Source: Squalus acanthias | Taxonomy: Eukaryota | Assembly: GCA_030390025.1 (NCBI GenBank) | Contig: JASTWF010000033.1 | Coordinates: forward strand, 1,738,001-1,802,000 | Length of the DNA stretch: 64,000 bases | Direction of reading: 5' to 3' | Part shown: positions 1 through 14,504 of the stretch, one piece after another | Position numbering within the stretch: the stretch's first letter is position 1 | How the letters are laid out: every line of letters begins with the position of its first letter | Notes under the pieces: model-generated | Told to the model about the DNA's origin: nothing | Databases searched by the model: none | The model's input: the letters and a program-made list of their open reading frames with translations, nothing else | Position numbers and translations under genes: made by a program

Positions 1-65
1 AGCATTTCTCCTTCATTTACAGACGCTCCCTGCCCATTCCCCATTTCTCCTTCATTTACAGACAG
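1..65. repeat. 39-bp minisatellite, left remnant (interrupted by a CR1 insertion)
   Basis: Same unit (catttctccttcatttacagac...) as the array at 3000-4240. Confidence 0.8.
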
Positions 66-3000
66 AGGTGTCAGAATATGGAAAAATGGTAAAAAGAGAA
101 AATTAAAAGCTGAACACACGCAGCATTCGTAACAAGATAGATGACTTGACAGCACAAATAGAAATAAAGGGTATGATCTGATAGCCATTACAGAGACGTG
201 GTTGCAAGGTGACCAATGATTGGAACTGAATATTCAGGGGTATTTGCCATTTCGTAAGGATAGGCAGAAAGGAAAAGGAGGTGGTGTAGCTCTGTTAATA
301 AGGGATAAGATCAGTGCAGTAATGAGAAATGATATTGGCCCAGAAGATCAAGAGGTGGAATCAGTTTGGGTGGAGATAAGAAATAATAAGGGTAAAAAGT
401 CACTGGTGGGAGTGGTCTACAGGCCCCCAAACAGTAGCCACACTGTAGGACAGAGAATAAATCAAGAAATAATAGAGGCTTGTAAGAAAGGTACGGCTAT
501 AATCATGGGAGATTTTAATCTTCATAATGACTGGACAAAGCATATTGTCAAAGGTAGACTTGAGGAAGAGTTCTTACAGTGTATACGGGATGGTTTCTTG
601 GAACAATATGTTGTGGAACCAACCAGGGAGAAGACTATTTTAGATCTGGTAATGTGTAACGAGGCTGGATTAATTAATGATCTCGAAGTGAAGGATCCTC
701 TTGGGAAGAGTGATCATAGCATGGTAGAATTTCAAATTCAGTTTGAGGGTGAGAAAGCTAGGTCTCAAACTAGTGTCCTGAACTTAAACAAAGGTAATTA
801 CAAAGGTATGAAGGCAGACTTGGTTAAAGTGGACTGGGAAAATATATTACAGGATAAGACTGTAGAAAAGCAGTGGCAAACATTTAAGGAAAAATTTCAT
901 AACTCTCAGCAAAGATATATTCCAGTGAAAAAGAAAGACTCCAAGAGAAGGATGAACCATCCATGACTAACTAAGGAAGTAAAGGATGGTATCAAATTGA
1001 AAATAAAAGCATACAATGTTGCGAAGAATAGTGAAAGGCCAGAGGATTGGGAAATTTTTAAAAATCAGCAAAGGACGACTAAAAAAATAATAAAGAGAGA
1101 GAAGATAGCTTATGAGAGGAAGCTAGCAAGAAATATAAAAACAGACAGTAAGAGCTTCTACAGGTATATAAAAAGGAAGAGAGTAGCTAAAGTAAACGTT
1201 GGTCCCCTAGAGGATGAGTCTGGGGAAGTAATAATGGGAAACAGGGAATTGGCGGAGACTTTGAACAAATATTTTGTATCGGTCTTCATGGTAGAAGACA
1301 CTAAAAGCATCCCAATAATGGATAATCAAGGGGCTATTGGGGTGGGGGGGGGGAACTTAAAACAATCACTATCACTAAAGAGAAAGTACTAGGCAAACTA
1401 ATGGGACTAAAGGTGGACAAGTCCCCTGGACCCGATGGCCTGCATCCCAGAGTCTTAAAACAGGTGGCTACAGAGATAGTGGATGCATTGGTTGTAATCT
1501 ACCAAAATTCCCTGGATTCTGGAGAGGTTCCAGCGGACTGGAAAACCGTAAATATAACGCCCCTATTTAAGAAAGGAGGGAGACAGAAAGCAGGCAACTA
1601 TCGACCAGTTAGCCTAACATCTGTCATTGGGAAAATGCTGGAGTCCATCATTAAGGAAGTGATAGGACATTTAGAAAATCATAATATAGTCAAGCAGAGT
1701 CAGCATGGTTTTATGCAAGGGAAATCATGTTTGACAAATTTACTAGAGTTCTTTGAGGATGTAACGAGCAGGGTGGATAAAGGGGAACTAGTAAATGTTG
1801 TGTATTTGGATTTCCAGCAGGCATTCAATAAGGTGCCACATAAAAAGTTACTACACAAGATAAGAGCTCACGGGGTTGGGGGTAATATATTAGCATGGAT
1901 AGAGGATTGGCTAACTAACAGAAAACAGAGAGTCGGGATATATGGGTCATTTTCAGGTTGGCAAACCAACTAGTGGGGTGCTGCAGGGATCAGTGCTGGG
2001 GCCTCAACTATTTACAATCTATATTAATGACTTGGATGAAGGGACTGAGTGTAATGTAGCCAAATTTGCTGATGATATAAAGATAGGTGGGAAAGCAAGT
2101 TGTGTGGAGGAGGCAAATAATCTCCAAAGGGATAGAGATAGGCTGAGTGAGTGGGCAAAAATCTGGCAGATGGAGTTTAATGTGGGAAAATGCGAGGTTA
2201 TCCACTTTGGTAGGAAAAATAAAAAAGCAAATTATTATTTAAATGGGGAGAGATTACAAAATGCTGAGGTACAGAGGGATCTGGGGGTCCTTGTACATGA
2301 ATCACAAAAATTAGCATGCAGGTACAGCAAGTAATTAGGAAGGGAAATGGAATGTTGGCCTTTATTGCAAAGGGAATGGAGTAGAAAAGTAGGGAAGTCC
2401 TGTTACAACTGTACAGGGCGTTGGTGAGACCACACCTGGAGTACTGCGTACAGTTTTGGTCTCCTTATTTAAGGAGGGATATACTTGCATTGGAGGCAGT
2501 TCAGAGAAGGTTCACGAGGTTGATTCCGGAGATGAAAGGGTTGTCTTATGAAGAAAGGTTGAGCAGGTTGGGCCTATACTCATTGGAGTTTAGAAGAATG
2601 AGAGGGGATCTTATTGAAACATATAAGATTCTGAAGGGGCTTGACAGGGTAGATGCAGAGAGGATGTTTCCCTCGTGGGGGAATCTAGAACTAGGGGACA
2701 TAATTTCAGAATAAGGGGAAACCCCTTTAAATCGGAAATGAGGAGGAATTTCTTCCCTCAGAGGGTCGTGAATCTTTGGAATTCTCTTCCTCAGAGAGCA
2801 GTGGTGGCTGGGTCATTGAATATATTTAAGGTGGAGATAGTCACATTTTTGAATGATAAGGGAGTCAAGGGTTAAGGGGAGCGGGCAGGGAAGTGGAGTT
2901 GAGGCCAAGATCAGATCAGCCATGATCTTATTGAATGGCGGAGCAGGCTCGAGGGGCCAAATGACCTACTCCTGCTCCTACGTCTTATGTTCTTATGTTC
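66..3000 (+). mobile_element. CR1-clade LINE, near-complete ORF2 (APE endonuclease + RT), disabled by stops and frameshifts
   Basis: ORF pieces 220-2875 give the APE motifs (GVVYRPP, MGDFN, SDH) and the RT motifs (KSPGPDG, YLDF, QGSVLGP, FADD, RPHLEYC, NLWNSLP). The 3' tail is (tcttatgt)n at about 2983-3000. Confidence 0.95.
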
Positions 3001-4240
3001 TGACCAGTCACCATTTCTCCTTCATTTACAGACACTCCCTGACCAGTCAACATTTCTCCTTCATTTACAGACACTCCCTGACCAGTCACCATTTCTCCTT
3101 CATTTACAGACGCTCCCTAACCAGTCACCATTTCTCCTCCATTTATACACACTCCCTGACCACTCACCATTTCTCCTCATTTACAGACACTCCCTGACCA
3201 GTCACCATTTCTCCTTCATTTACAGACGCTCCCTAACCAGTCACCATTACTCCTTCATTTATAGATGCTCCCTGACCAGTGTCCATTTCTCCTCCATTTA
3301 CAGACACTCCTTGACCAGTCACCATTTCGCCGACATTTACAGACACTCCCTGACCAGTCACTATTTCTCCGACATTTACAGACACTCCCTGACCAGTCGC
3401 CATTTCTCCGACATTTACAGACACTCCCTGACCAGTCGCCATTTCTCCTCCATTTACAGACGCTCCTCGACCAGTCGCCATTACTCCTTCATTTATAGAC
3501 ACTCCCTGACCAGTCACCATTACTCCTTCATTTATAGACACTCCCTGACCAGTCCACATTTCTCCTTCATTTACAGACGCTCCCTGAACACTCACCATTT
3601 CTCCTCCATTTACAGACGCTCCCTGACCACTCACCATTTCTTCATTTACAGACGCTCCCTGACCAGTCACATTTCTTCTCCGTTTACAGACGCTCCCTGA
3701 TCACTCACATTTCTCCTCCATTTACAGACGCTCCCTGAACATTCACCATTTCTCCTCCATTTACACACGCCCCCTGACCATTCCCCATTTCTCCTCCATT
3801 TACAGACGCTCCCTGACCATTCACCATTTCTCCTCCATTTACACACGCCCCCTGACCATTCCCCATTTCTCCTCCATTTACACACGCTCCCTGACCACTC
3901 ACCATTTCCCCTTCATTTACAGACGCTCCCTGACCACTCACCTTTTCTCCTCCATTTACAGACGCTCCCTGACCTGTCACCATTTCTCCTCCATTTACAG
4001 ACGCTCCCTGACCACTCACCTTTTCTCCTCCATTTACAGACGCTCCCTGACCTGTCACCTTTTCTCCTCCATTTACAGATGCTCCCTGACCACTCACCAT
4101 TTCTCCTCCATTTACAGACGTTCCCTGACCAGTCACCATTTACAGACGCTCCCTGACTAGTCTCCTTTTCTCCTCCATTTACAGACGCTCCCTGACCACT
4201 CACCATTTCTCCTCCATTTACAGACGCTCCCTGACTCACT
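3000..4240. repeat. 39-bp minisatellite (ctgaccagtcaccatttctccttcatttacagacactcc)n
   Basis: Direct tandem periodicity; 13-aa periodicity (TSHHFSFIYRHSL) in the overlapping ORFs. Confidence 0.95.
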
Positions 4241-4354
4241 TCCTCCCTGTCCTGGAGTTTGCGCGGGGCCGCTTTGTGGACTTTCTGTTGTTTGCTCCAC
4301 ACCACAGATGGAACCCTGTGGGGTGGAGCAAAGATTGCAACATTTGGCAGTGAA

Positions 4355-5448
4355 ATGGATTCACTCAGGACAGACAGCAGGGATTATTTCAGGAAATAAC
4401 ACAGTGTAGTGAGAAAGGAAATGCAGTGGATGTTGTGTAGATGGATTGTCAAAAGGTGCTTGATAAGGTGCCGGACAGGAGGCTTGTTGATCAAATGAAG
4501 GCTGACGGTATTAAAGGGAGTGGGGCAGCGTGGATAGGAAGTTGGGTAAAGGGCAGAAAAGAGAGAGTAGTGGTTAATGGATGTTCTTCAGACTGGAGGG
4601 ATGTACACAGTGGTGTCTCCCAGGGTCAGTGTTGGGACCACTGCTCTTCTCAATATCGAGAAATGATCTGGGCTTGGGTATGTGGGGCACAAGATCAAAA
4701 TCTCCAGATGAGACCAAAATAGGGAGCCTGGCCAACTGTGAAGAGGACTGTAAGTGACTTCAGTGTGAATACACAGGTTAGTAAATGGGGCAGGGAGATG
4801 GCAGCTGAAATTTAATGCAGAGAATTATGAGGTGATGCATTTTGGGAGGAAGAAAATGGCAGGAAATCTACATTAAATGGAAATAGTTTAAAAGGAGTGG
4901 AGGAGCAGAACAGTAAAGAGGTTTGTGGTTTACAAGGACACTTTCCCTGGATCCCAGCAGTTACTTTTCTTCAGTAATTTTCTCATTATCCCTAAACTAC
5001 CCTGCCTTCTGTTAATGATGTTATTTTACAGTTTCACAATTATAGGTATAAACATCACACATTATAATCTGATCTATTCTATTACTCACTCTGGTTTAAG
5101 CTTATATTGTGGTTAATAACAGACAAACCCGGTTCTTTCCCCTGATCTGATTACAGTTTCACCAGAGCGGAATTTGTGGAATGGAATCTCTTATCAGTGT
5201 TGCCATGGCGACCTGTCTGCAGTGAAAGGCCTGTTTGAGTTTCTAACTCAGACTAAACTTCTCTCTCCCAGAATGCCCATTATATCAGCAATTTATGTTA
5301 ATATACTTTAGCCATGTTCTGTTAATATCACGAAAACCAACAAGGGGTTCAGATACACACACCTTTAAAGTAGGAGGGACACGCTGATCAAGTGTTTAAA
5401 AAGCACATGGGATCTTAGATTTTATAAATAGGGGTGTAGAGTACAAAA
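4355..5448 (+). mobile_element. Old degenerate CR1 RT fragment(s), about 4355-4910 and 5350-5448, with unassigned sequence between
   Basis: ORF 4441-4722 (KVLDKVPDRRL...WIGSWVKGRKERVVVNG...SGVSQG) is CR1 RT-like. Positions 5400-5448 resemble the CR1 'GILGFINRGIEYK' segment. Confidence 0.75.
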
Positions 5449-8400
5449 GGGCAGGTACAGCACGGGTTAGATACAGAGTAAAGCTCCCTCTACACAGGCC
5501 CATCAAACACTCCCAGGACAGGTGCAGCATGGGTTAGATACAGAGTAAAGGCCCATCTACACTGTCCGATCAAACACTCCCAGGGCAGGTACAGCACGGG
5601 ATAGATACAGAGCAAAGCTCCCTCGACACAGGCCCATCAAACACTCCCAGGACAGGTACAGCACGGTTTAGATACAGAGCAAAGCTCCCTCTACACTGTC
5701 CCATCAAACACTCCCAGGGCAGGTACAGCACGGGTTAGATACAGAGTAAAGTTCCCTCTACATTGTCCCAACAAACACTCCCAAGGAAGGTACAGCACGG
5801 GTTAGATACAGAGTAAAGTTCCCTCTACACTGTCCCATCAAACACTGCTAGGGCAGGTACAGCACAGGTTAGATACAGAGTAAAGCTAACTCTACACAGT
5901 CCCATCAAACACTTCCAGGGCAGTTCAGCACGGGTTAGATACAGAGTAAAGCTCCCACTACACTGTCCCATCAAACACTCCCAGGGCAGGTACAGCACGA
6001 ATTAGATACAGAGCAAAGCTCCCTCTACACAGGCCCATCAAACACTCCCAGGACAGGTACAGCACGGGTTAGATACAGAGCAAAGCTCCCTCGACACTGT
6101 CCCATCAAACAGTCCCAGGACAGGTACAGCACGGAATAGATACAGAGCAAAGCTCCCTCGACACAGGCCCATCAAACACTCCCAGGGGCAGGTACAGCAT
6201 GGGTTAGATACAGATAAAGCTCCCTCTACACTGTCCCATCAAAAACTCCCAGGGCAGGCACAGCACGGGTTAGATACAGCGCAAAGTTCCATCTACACAG
6301 GCCCATCAAACACTCCCAGGGCAGGTACAGCACGAATTAGATACAGAGTAAAGCTCCCTGTACACTGTCCTATCAAACACTCCCAGGGCAGGTACAGCAC
6401 GGGATAGATACAGAGTAAAGCTCCCTCTACACTGTCCCAACAAACACTCCCGGGGCAGGTACAGCACGGGTTAGATACAGAGTAAACTCGCTCTACACTG
6501 TCCCAATCAAATACTGCCAGGGCAGTTATAGCACGGGTTTGATACAGAGTAAAACACTCTCGACATAGTCACATCAAACACTCCCAGGGCAGGTACAGCA
6601 CGGGTCAGGTACAGTGTAAAGCTCCCTCTACACTGTCACAATCAAACACTGCCAGGGCAGGTACAGCACGGGTTAGATACAGAGTAAAGCTCCCTGTGCA
6701 CTGGCACATCAAACACTCCCAGGGCAGGTACAGCACAGGTTATATACAGAGTAAAGCTCCCTCTACACTGTCCCATCAAACAATCCCAGGGCAGTTACAG
6801 CAGGGGTTAGTTAGAGTAAAGCTCCCTCTACACTGTCCCATCAAACACTCCCAGGGTAGGTACAGCACTGGTTAGATACAGAGTAAAGCTCCCTCTACAC
6901 TGTCACATCAAACACTCCCAGGGCAGGTACAGCACTGGTTAGATACAGAGTAAAGCTCCCTCTACACTGTCCCATCAAATACTCCCAGGGTAGGTACAGC
7001 ATGGGTTAGATACATAGTAAAACTCCCTCTATACTGTGCCATCAAACATTCCCTGGGCAGGTACAGCACTGGTTAGTTACAGAGTAAAGCTCCCTATGTA
7101 CTGTCACATCAAACACTCTCAGGGCAGGAACAGCACGGGTTAGATACAGAGTAAACTCTCTCTACACTGTCCCATCAAACACGCCCAGGGCAGGTACAGC
7201 ACGGGTTAGATACAGAGTAAAGCTCCCTCTACACTGTCCCATCAAACACGCCCAGGGCAGGTACAGCACGGGTTAGATACAGAGTAAAGCGCCCTCTACA
7301 CTGTCCCATCACACACTCCCAGGTTAGGTACAGCACGGGTTAGATACAGAGTAAAGCTCCCTCTACACTGTCCCATCAAACACTCCCAGGGCAGGTACAG
7401 CACGGGTTAGATACAGAGTAAAGGTCCCCCTGCACTGTCCCATCAAACACTCCTAGGGCAGGTACAGCACGGGTTAGATACAGAGGAAAGCTCCCTCGAC
7501 AGTGTCCCACCAAACACTCCCAGGGTAGGTACAGCACAGTTTAGATACAGAGTAAAGCTCGCTCTATACTGTTCCATCAAACACTCCCGGGCAGGTACAG
7601 CACGGGTTAGATACAGAGTAAAGCTCCCTCTACACTATCCCATCAAATACCCCCAGGGCAGGTACAGCACGGGTTAGATACAGAGTAAGGCTCCCTCTAC
7701 ACTGTCCCATCAAACACTCCCAGGGCAGGTACAGCACGGGTTAGATAGAGTAAAGCTCCCTCAACACTGTCCCATCAAACACTCCCAGGGCAGGTACAGC
7801 ACGGGTTAGATACATAGCAAAACTCCCTCTATACTGTCCCATCAAACACTCCCAGGGCAGGTACAGCACTGGTTAGATACAGAGTAAAGCTCCCTCTGTA
7901 CTGTCCCATCAAACACCCCCAGGTCTGGTACAGCACGGGTTAGATACAGAGTAAAGCTCCCTCTACACTGTCGCATCAAACACTCCCACGGCAGGTACAG
8001 CACGGCTTAGATACAGAGTAAAGCTCCCTCTACACTGTCCCATCACACACTCCCAGGTTAGGTACAGCACGGATTAGATGCAGAGTAAAGCTCCCTCTAT
8101 ACTGTGCCATCAAACATTCCCAGGGCAGGTACAGCACTGGTTAGATACAGAGTAAAGCTCCCTCTGTACTGTCCCATCAAACACTCTCAGGGCAGGTACA
8201 GCACGGGTTAGATACAGAGTAAACTCTCTCTACACTGTCCCATCAAACACGCCCAGGGCAGGTACAGCACGGGTTAGATACAGAGTAAAGCTCCCTCTAC
8301 ACTGTCACATCAAACACTCCCAGGGCAGGTACAGCACTGGTTAGATACAGAGTAAAGCTCCCTCTACACTGTCCCATCAAATACTCCCAGGGTAGGTACA

Positions 8401-10808
8401 GCATGGGTTAGATACATAGTAAAACTCCCTCTATACTGTGCCATCAAACATTCCCTGGGCAGGTACAGCACTGGTTAGTTACAGAGTAAAGCTCCCTATG
8501 TACTGTCCCATCAAACACTCTCAGGGCAGGAACAGCACGGGTTAGATACAGAGTAAACTCTCTCTACACTGTCCCATCAAACACGCCCAGGGCAGGTACA
8601 GCACGGGTTAGATACAGAGTAAAGCTCCCTCTACACTGTCCCATCAAACACGCCCAGGGCAGGTACAGCACGGGTTAGATACAGAGTAAAGCGCCCTCTA
8701 CACTGTCCCATCACGCACTCCCAGGTTAGGTACAGCACGGGTTAGATACAGAGTAAAGCTCACTTTACACTGACCCATCAAACACTCCCAGGGCAGGTAC
8801 AGCACGGGTTAGATACAGAGAAAAGGTCCCCCTGCACTGTCCCATGAAACACTCCTAGGGCAGGTACAGCACGGGTTAGATACAGCGGAAAGCTCCCTCG
8901 ACAGTGTCCCACCAAACACTCCCAGGGTAGGTACAGCACAGTTTAGATACATAGTAAAACTCGCTCTATACTGTTCCATCAAACACTCCCCGGGCAGGTA
9001 CAGCACGGGTTGGATACAGAGTAAATCTCCCTCTACACTATCCCATCAAATACCCCCAGGGCAGGTACAGCACGGGTTAGATACAGAGTAAGGCTCCCAT
9101 TACACTGTCCCATCAAACACTCCCAGGGCAGGTACAGCACGGGTTAGATAGAGTAAAGCTCCCTCAACACTGTCCCATCAAATACTCCCAGGGCAGGTAC
9201 AGCACGGGTTAGATACATAGCAAAACTCCCTCTATACTGTCCCATCAAACACTCCCAGGGCAGGTACAGCACTGGTTAGATACAGAGTAAAGCTCCCTCT
9301 GTACTGTCCCATCAAACACCCCCAGGTCTGGTACAGCACGGGTTAGATACAGAGTAAAGCTCCCTCTACACTGTCGCATCAAACACTCCCACGGCAGGTA
9401 CAGCACGGCTTAGATACAGAGTAAAGCTCCCTCTACACTGTCCCATCACACACTCCCAGGTTAGGTACAGCACGGATTAGATGCAGAGTAAAGCTCCCTC
9501 TATACTGTGCCATCAAACATTCCCAGGGCAGGTACAGCACTGGTTAGATACAGAGTAAAGCTCCCTCTGTACTGTCCCATCAAACACTCTCAGGGCAGGT
9601 ACAGCACGGGTTAGATACAGAGTAAACTCTCTCTACACTGTCCCATCAAACACGCCCAGGGCAGGTACAGCACGGGTTAGCTACAGAGCAAAGCTCCCTC
9701 TACACTGTCCCATCAAACACGCCCAGGGCAGGTGCAGCACGGGTTAGATACAGAGTAAAGCGCCCTCCACACTGTCCCATCACACACTCCCAGGTTAGGT
9801 ACAGCACGGGTTAGATACAGAGTAAAGCTCCCTCTTCACTGTCCCATCAAGCACTCCCAGGGCAGGTACAGCGCGCGTTAGTTGCAGAGTAAAGCTCACT
9901 CTACACTGTCCCATCAAACACTCCCAGGGCAGGTACAGTACGGGGTTAGATACAGAGTAAAGGTCTCTCTGCACTGTCCCATCAAGCACTCCCAGGGCAG
10001 GTACAGCACCGGTTAGATGCAGAGTAAAGCGCCCTCTACACTGTCCCATCAAACACTCCCAGGGCAGGTACAGCACGGGTTATATACAGAGTAAAGCCTC
10101 CTTTACACTGTCCCATCAAACACTCCCAGGGCATGTGCAGCACTGGTTAGATACAGAGTAAAGCTCCCTCTACACTGTCCCATCAAATACTCCCAGGGCA
10201 GGTTCAGCACGGGTTAGATACCGAGTAAAGCTCCCTCTTCACTGTCCCATCAAGTACTCCCAGGGCAGCCACAGCACGGGTTAGATACAGACAAAAGCCC
10301 CCTCTACACTGTCCCATCCAACAGTCCCAGGGCACATGCAGCACAGGTTAGATGAAGCGTAAAACTCCAAGTACACTGTCTCATTAAACACTCCGAGGGT
10401 AGGTGCAGCACGCGTTAGATACAGAGTAAAGCTCCCTCTATACTGTCCCATCAAACACTCTCCGGGCAGGTACAGCACGGGTTAGATACAGAGCAAAGCT
10501 CCCTCTACACTATCCCATCAAATACACCCAGGGCAGGTACAGCACGGGTTAGATACAGAGTAAAGCTCCCTCTGCACTGTCCCATCAAACACTCCCAGGG
10601 CAGGTACAGCACAGGTTAGATACAGAGTAAAGCTCCCTCTACACTGTCCCATCAAACGTTCACAGGGCAGGTACAGCACGGGTTAGATACAGAGTTAAGC
10701 TCCCTCTACACTGTCCCATCAAACATTCAGAGAGCAGGTACAGCACGGGTTAGATACAGAGTAAAGCTCCCTCTATACTGTCCCATCAAACACTCCCAGG
10801 GCAGGTAC
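5449..10808 (-). repeat. 67-bp satellite array (about 80 monomers), reverse orientation
   Basis: Tandem unit gggcaggtacagcacgggttagatacagagtaaagctccctctacactgtcccatcaaacactccca; reverse complement of the unit at 37137-52829. Confidence 0.97.
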
Positions 10809-11195
10809 ACGGACATGTTACCGAAACCTTCGCTTGATACCAAGGCTAGGAGAGGCACTCTGGAAGGTTGGAGGAGCTGCGGCTGGAGCACGAGAGTAAC
10901 TAAAGGTGTGAGAACTGAAATAATCTTGAGTTAGAAAAGAGAAAAGGCCCAAAAATGGAGCAGTCATTAACAGGACATCAATTAGTCTCCTCTTATCTTG
11001 GAGAAATCAAGGATTCGACACACGGTGTGTTCGAAACAAAGTTAATCTATTTGACAGATATCAAAATATTAAACTCCAACCCACTTAGAGGGGTTATTAA
11101 CATCAGCAGAAACAAACTCCAACTGTCAGAATGAACATGGTTTAGTCTTGGATGTGATTAACAGCAGCAAAAACAGCAGAATCTAAGCCCTGCAG

Positions 11196-12063
<868 letters not shown>

Positions 12064-12244
12064 CTGTAAAAGGAGTTTACAAAAGACATCACTAAGTAGA
12101 GGATAGAAATTCAGAACAGACAATTCTAGTTTCTATGGAACATTCTTTCGTCTCTTGTTCCCCCAAAGCTGTAAATTTCCGTCCCACACACTCTCCCTCC
12201 TCCCTGTGCTGAAATCCAAACCCATCGCAACATCTCCAACACAC

Positions 12245-12840
12245 TGAAGGTGCTGACTCTGACTGGGTTCAGTTCGACACTCACTGGTTCCCCTCCCTCT
12301 CCTCCCCTGAAGGTGCTGACTCTGGCTGGGTTCAGTTCTACCCTCACTGGTTCCCCTCCCTCTCCTCCCCTGAAGGTGCTGACTCTGGCTGGGTTCAGTT
12401 CTGCACTCACTGGTTCCCCTCCCTCTCCTCCCCTGAAGCTGCTGACTCTGGCTGGATTCAGTTCCACACTCACTGGTTCCCCTCCCTCTCCTCCCCTGAA
12501 GGTGCTGACTCTGGCTGGGTTCAGTTCCACACTCACTGGTTCCCCTCCCTCTCCTCCCCTGAAGGTGCTGACTCTGGCTGGGTTCAGTTCTGCACTCACT
12601 GGTTCCCCTCTCTCTCTCCTCCCCTGAAGGTGCTGACTCTGGCTGGGTCCAGTTCTACACTCACTGGTTCTCCTCCCCTGAAGGTGCTGACTCTGGCTGG
12701 GTTCAGTTCTACACTCACTTGGTTCCCTCCCTCTCCTCCCCTGAAGGTGCTGACTCTGGCTGGGTTCAGTTCACTCACTGCTTCCCCTCCCTCTCCTCCC
12801 CTGAAGGTGCTGACTCTGGCTGGGTTCAGTTCACTCACTG
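12245..12840 (-). repeat. 63-bp minisatellite upstream of ZNF-A (about 9-10 units)
   Basis: Unit gtgagtgtagaactgaacccagccagagtcagcaccttcaggggaggagagggaggggaacca on the minus strand. Confidence 0.95.
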
Positions 12841-13205
12841 GGACCCTGAAGCCACGCCCCCTATTGGTTCCTTTACAAAGATGGACACGCATGCGCTTTA
12901 CCGCTCGACGAAGAAAGATGACGACGCAAAAACCCTCAGATCTCCTTTCCAAAGATGGCCGCCGTTAACCCGGGCCTAGTTTCTGGGAAAAAAGCCTCTG
13001 AGCTGCAAACACGGAACCTGTAGGTTCTCATTCCGGGCTTGCGGCCTACGCCAGGTGCTGATGAACCTCAGCGGGCGAGTGTGTTACCTCCCTGTGCCCC
13101 GCTGATTCGTAATCGGATCAAAAACCGCGTCTCCCAAATCGGCCCGCTCCCTGCCCTCAATCTACGGGCGGGCCCGGCGCCTGCGCACTGGGCTCCTGCA
13201 GTGGC
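12841..13205 (-). promoter_or_regulatory. CpG-rich promoter/first exon of ZNF-A with YY1-, NRF1-, GC-box- and CCAAT-like motifs
   Basis: aagatggccgcc at about 12952, gcgcctgcgca at about 13177, gccacgcccc and attgg at 12851-12867; block conserved in all five ZNF modules. Confidence 0.7.
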
Positions 13206-14504
13206 ATTTTCTTTCATGGTTCAAAAACAATAATACCTGTACAACTCATCAATTACATAGTAAATCCATTACATAGTAAATCCATTACATTCATCCATCA
13301 CAGTAAAAAATAAAGCCTTAAAAACAGCCTTATAGTTAATATAAATGCAATGATTAATTTTACAAATAATCAATAATGTTTACAGTACAAATACCCCTAA
13401 ACAATACCACACAACCTTTTAGATTTAAAATAATAAATCTCAAAGTTAACTCCACATAAAACAAAAACCATTTCAACACCAGTGTACAAACACATAGCAC
13501 CATCATAATCCAATTACAGGTAACATTTATTCCAATAACCCAAGAAAAAACCCATTTTACGCCAGTCCTACTGGCATTGTTCGTTTGATCTTTCGATCAT
13601 TCATTTAATTGTTTGTTCGTTCATTCAAGCGTTCGTTCGTTCGATCGAGCATAAGTTCCAATATGTAGGTCTGAATGCGTGCATGCGTATCATTTGTCTA
13701 AGTGCGCGCCTGCGTGCGTTCGCTCGATTATCGTTCGTTTGATCGTTCACCACGCGATCATTCGTTCGCTCGAGTGTAAGTTCCAATGTGCATGCTTGCG
13801 TTCGCTCGAATCGTTCATTCGACCACTACCCCATGAGGTCGTTCGTTTGATCGAGTGTAAGTTCCAATATGTCTGCTTGCGTTCGCTCGAATCGTTCATT
13901 CGACCACTACCCCATGAGGTCGTTCGTTTGATCGAGTGTAAGTTCCAATATGTCTGAATGCGTGCGTGCGTATCATTTGTCTAAGTGCGCGCCTGCGTGC
14001 ATTCGCTCGAATCGTTCGTTCTGTCACTGCACAAGTGATCATTCATTCGATAGAGTGTAAGTTCCAATATGCATGAATGCGTTCATTCGAATCGTTCGTC
14101 CGTTCGTTCACTCGAGCGTCTGTTCGTTCAATAAATTACCAATATTAATTTACTTTATCTTTTCAGCCACACCAACACTAGACAATAACCTCAAAGTAAA
14201 TTCCTACATAACCACCAATACATCATCATGTGCAAATTCCCACAGTCCTTATCAGAAAATCAATTAAGCTTCAAGTAAACTGCTTTCAAACAGAAAACCT
14301 GAAACCTTCCCAACAAAACAATTAAATACCAGTTCTACACCAGTCCTATTGGCAATCCATTAACTCATATCATTTGATGTTGTCGAACCATGTAAAGTCA
14401 AAGTCCTTGTCCACAGTCTTCAGCCCTTCCACGGAAAAAGAAGCCATCCACTTCCTGAAATCCCGTAAAAAGACCGAACACTCAAATCTTCTTCTGCTTG
14501 CTGT
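13205..14504 (-). repeat. Unclassified interspersed element: AT-rich flanks around a CpG-rich (TTCG)n-containing internal repeat
   Basis: Inverted copy at 33928-35125; internal recurring motif aagttccaat at about 13652, 13778, 13859, 13940 and 14059. Confidence 0.75.

Noticed and set aside
2987..4305. His/Ser-rich ORFs
   Set aside because: Translation of the 39-bp minisatellite.
5199..5212. RFX X-box-like palindrome gttgccatggcgac
   Set aside because: Single motif with no associated promoter or gene evidence.
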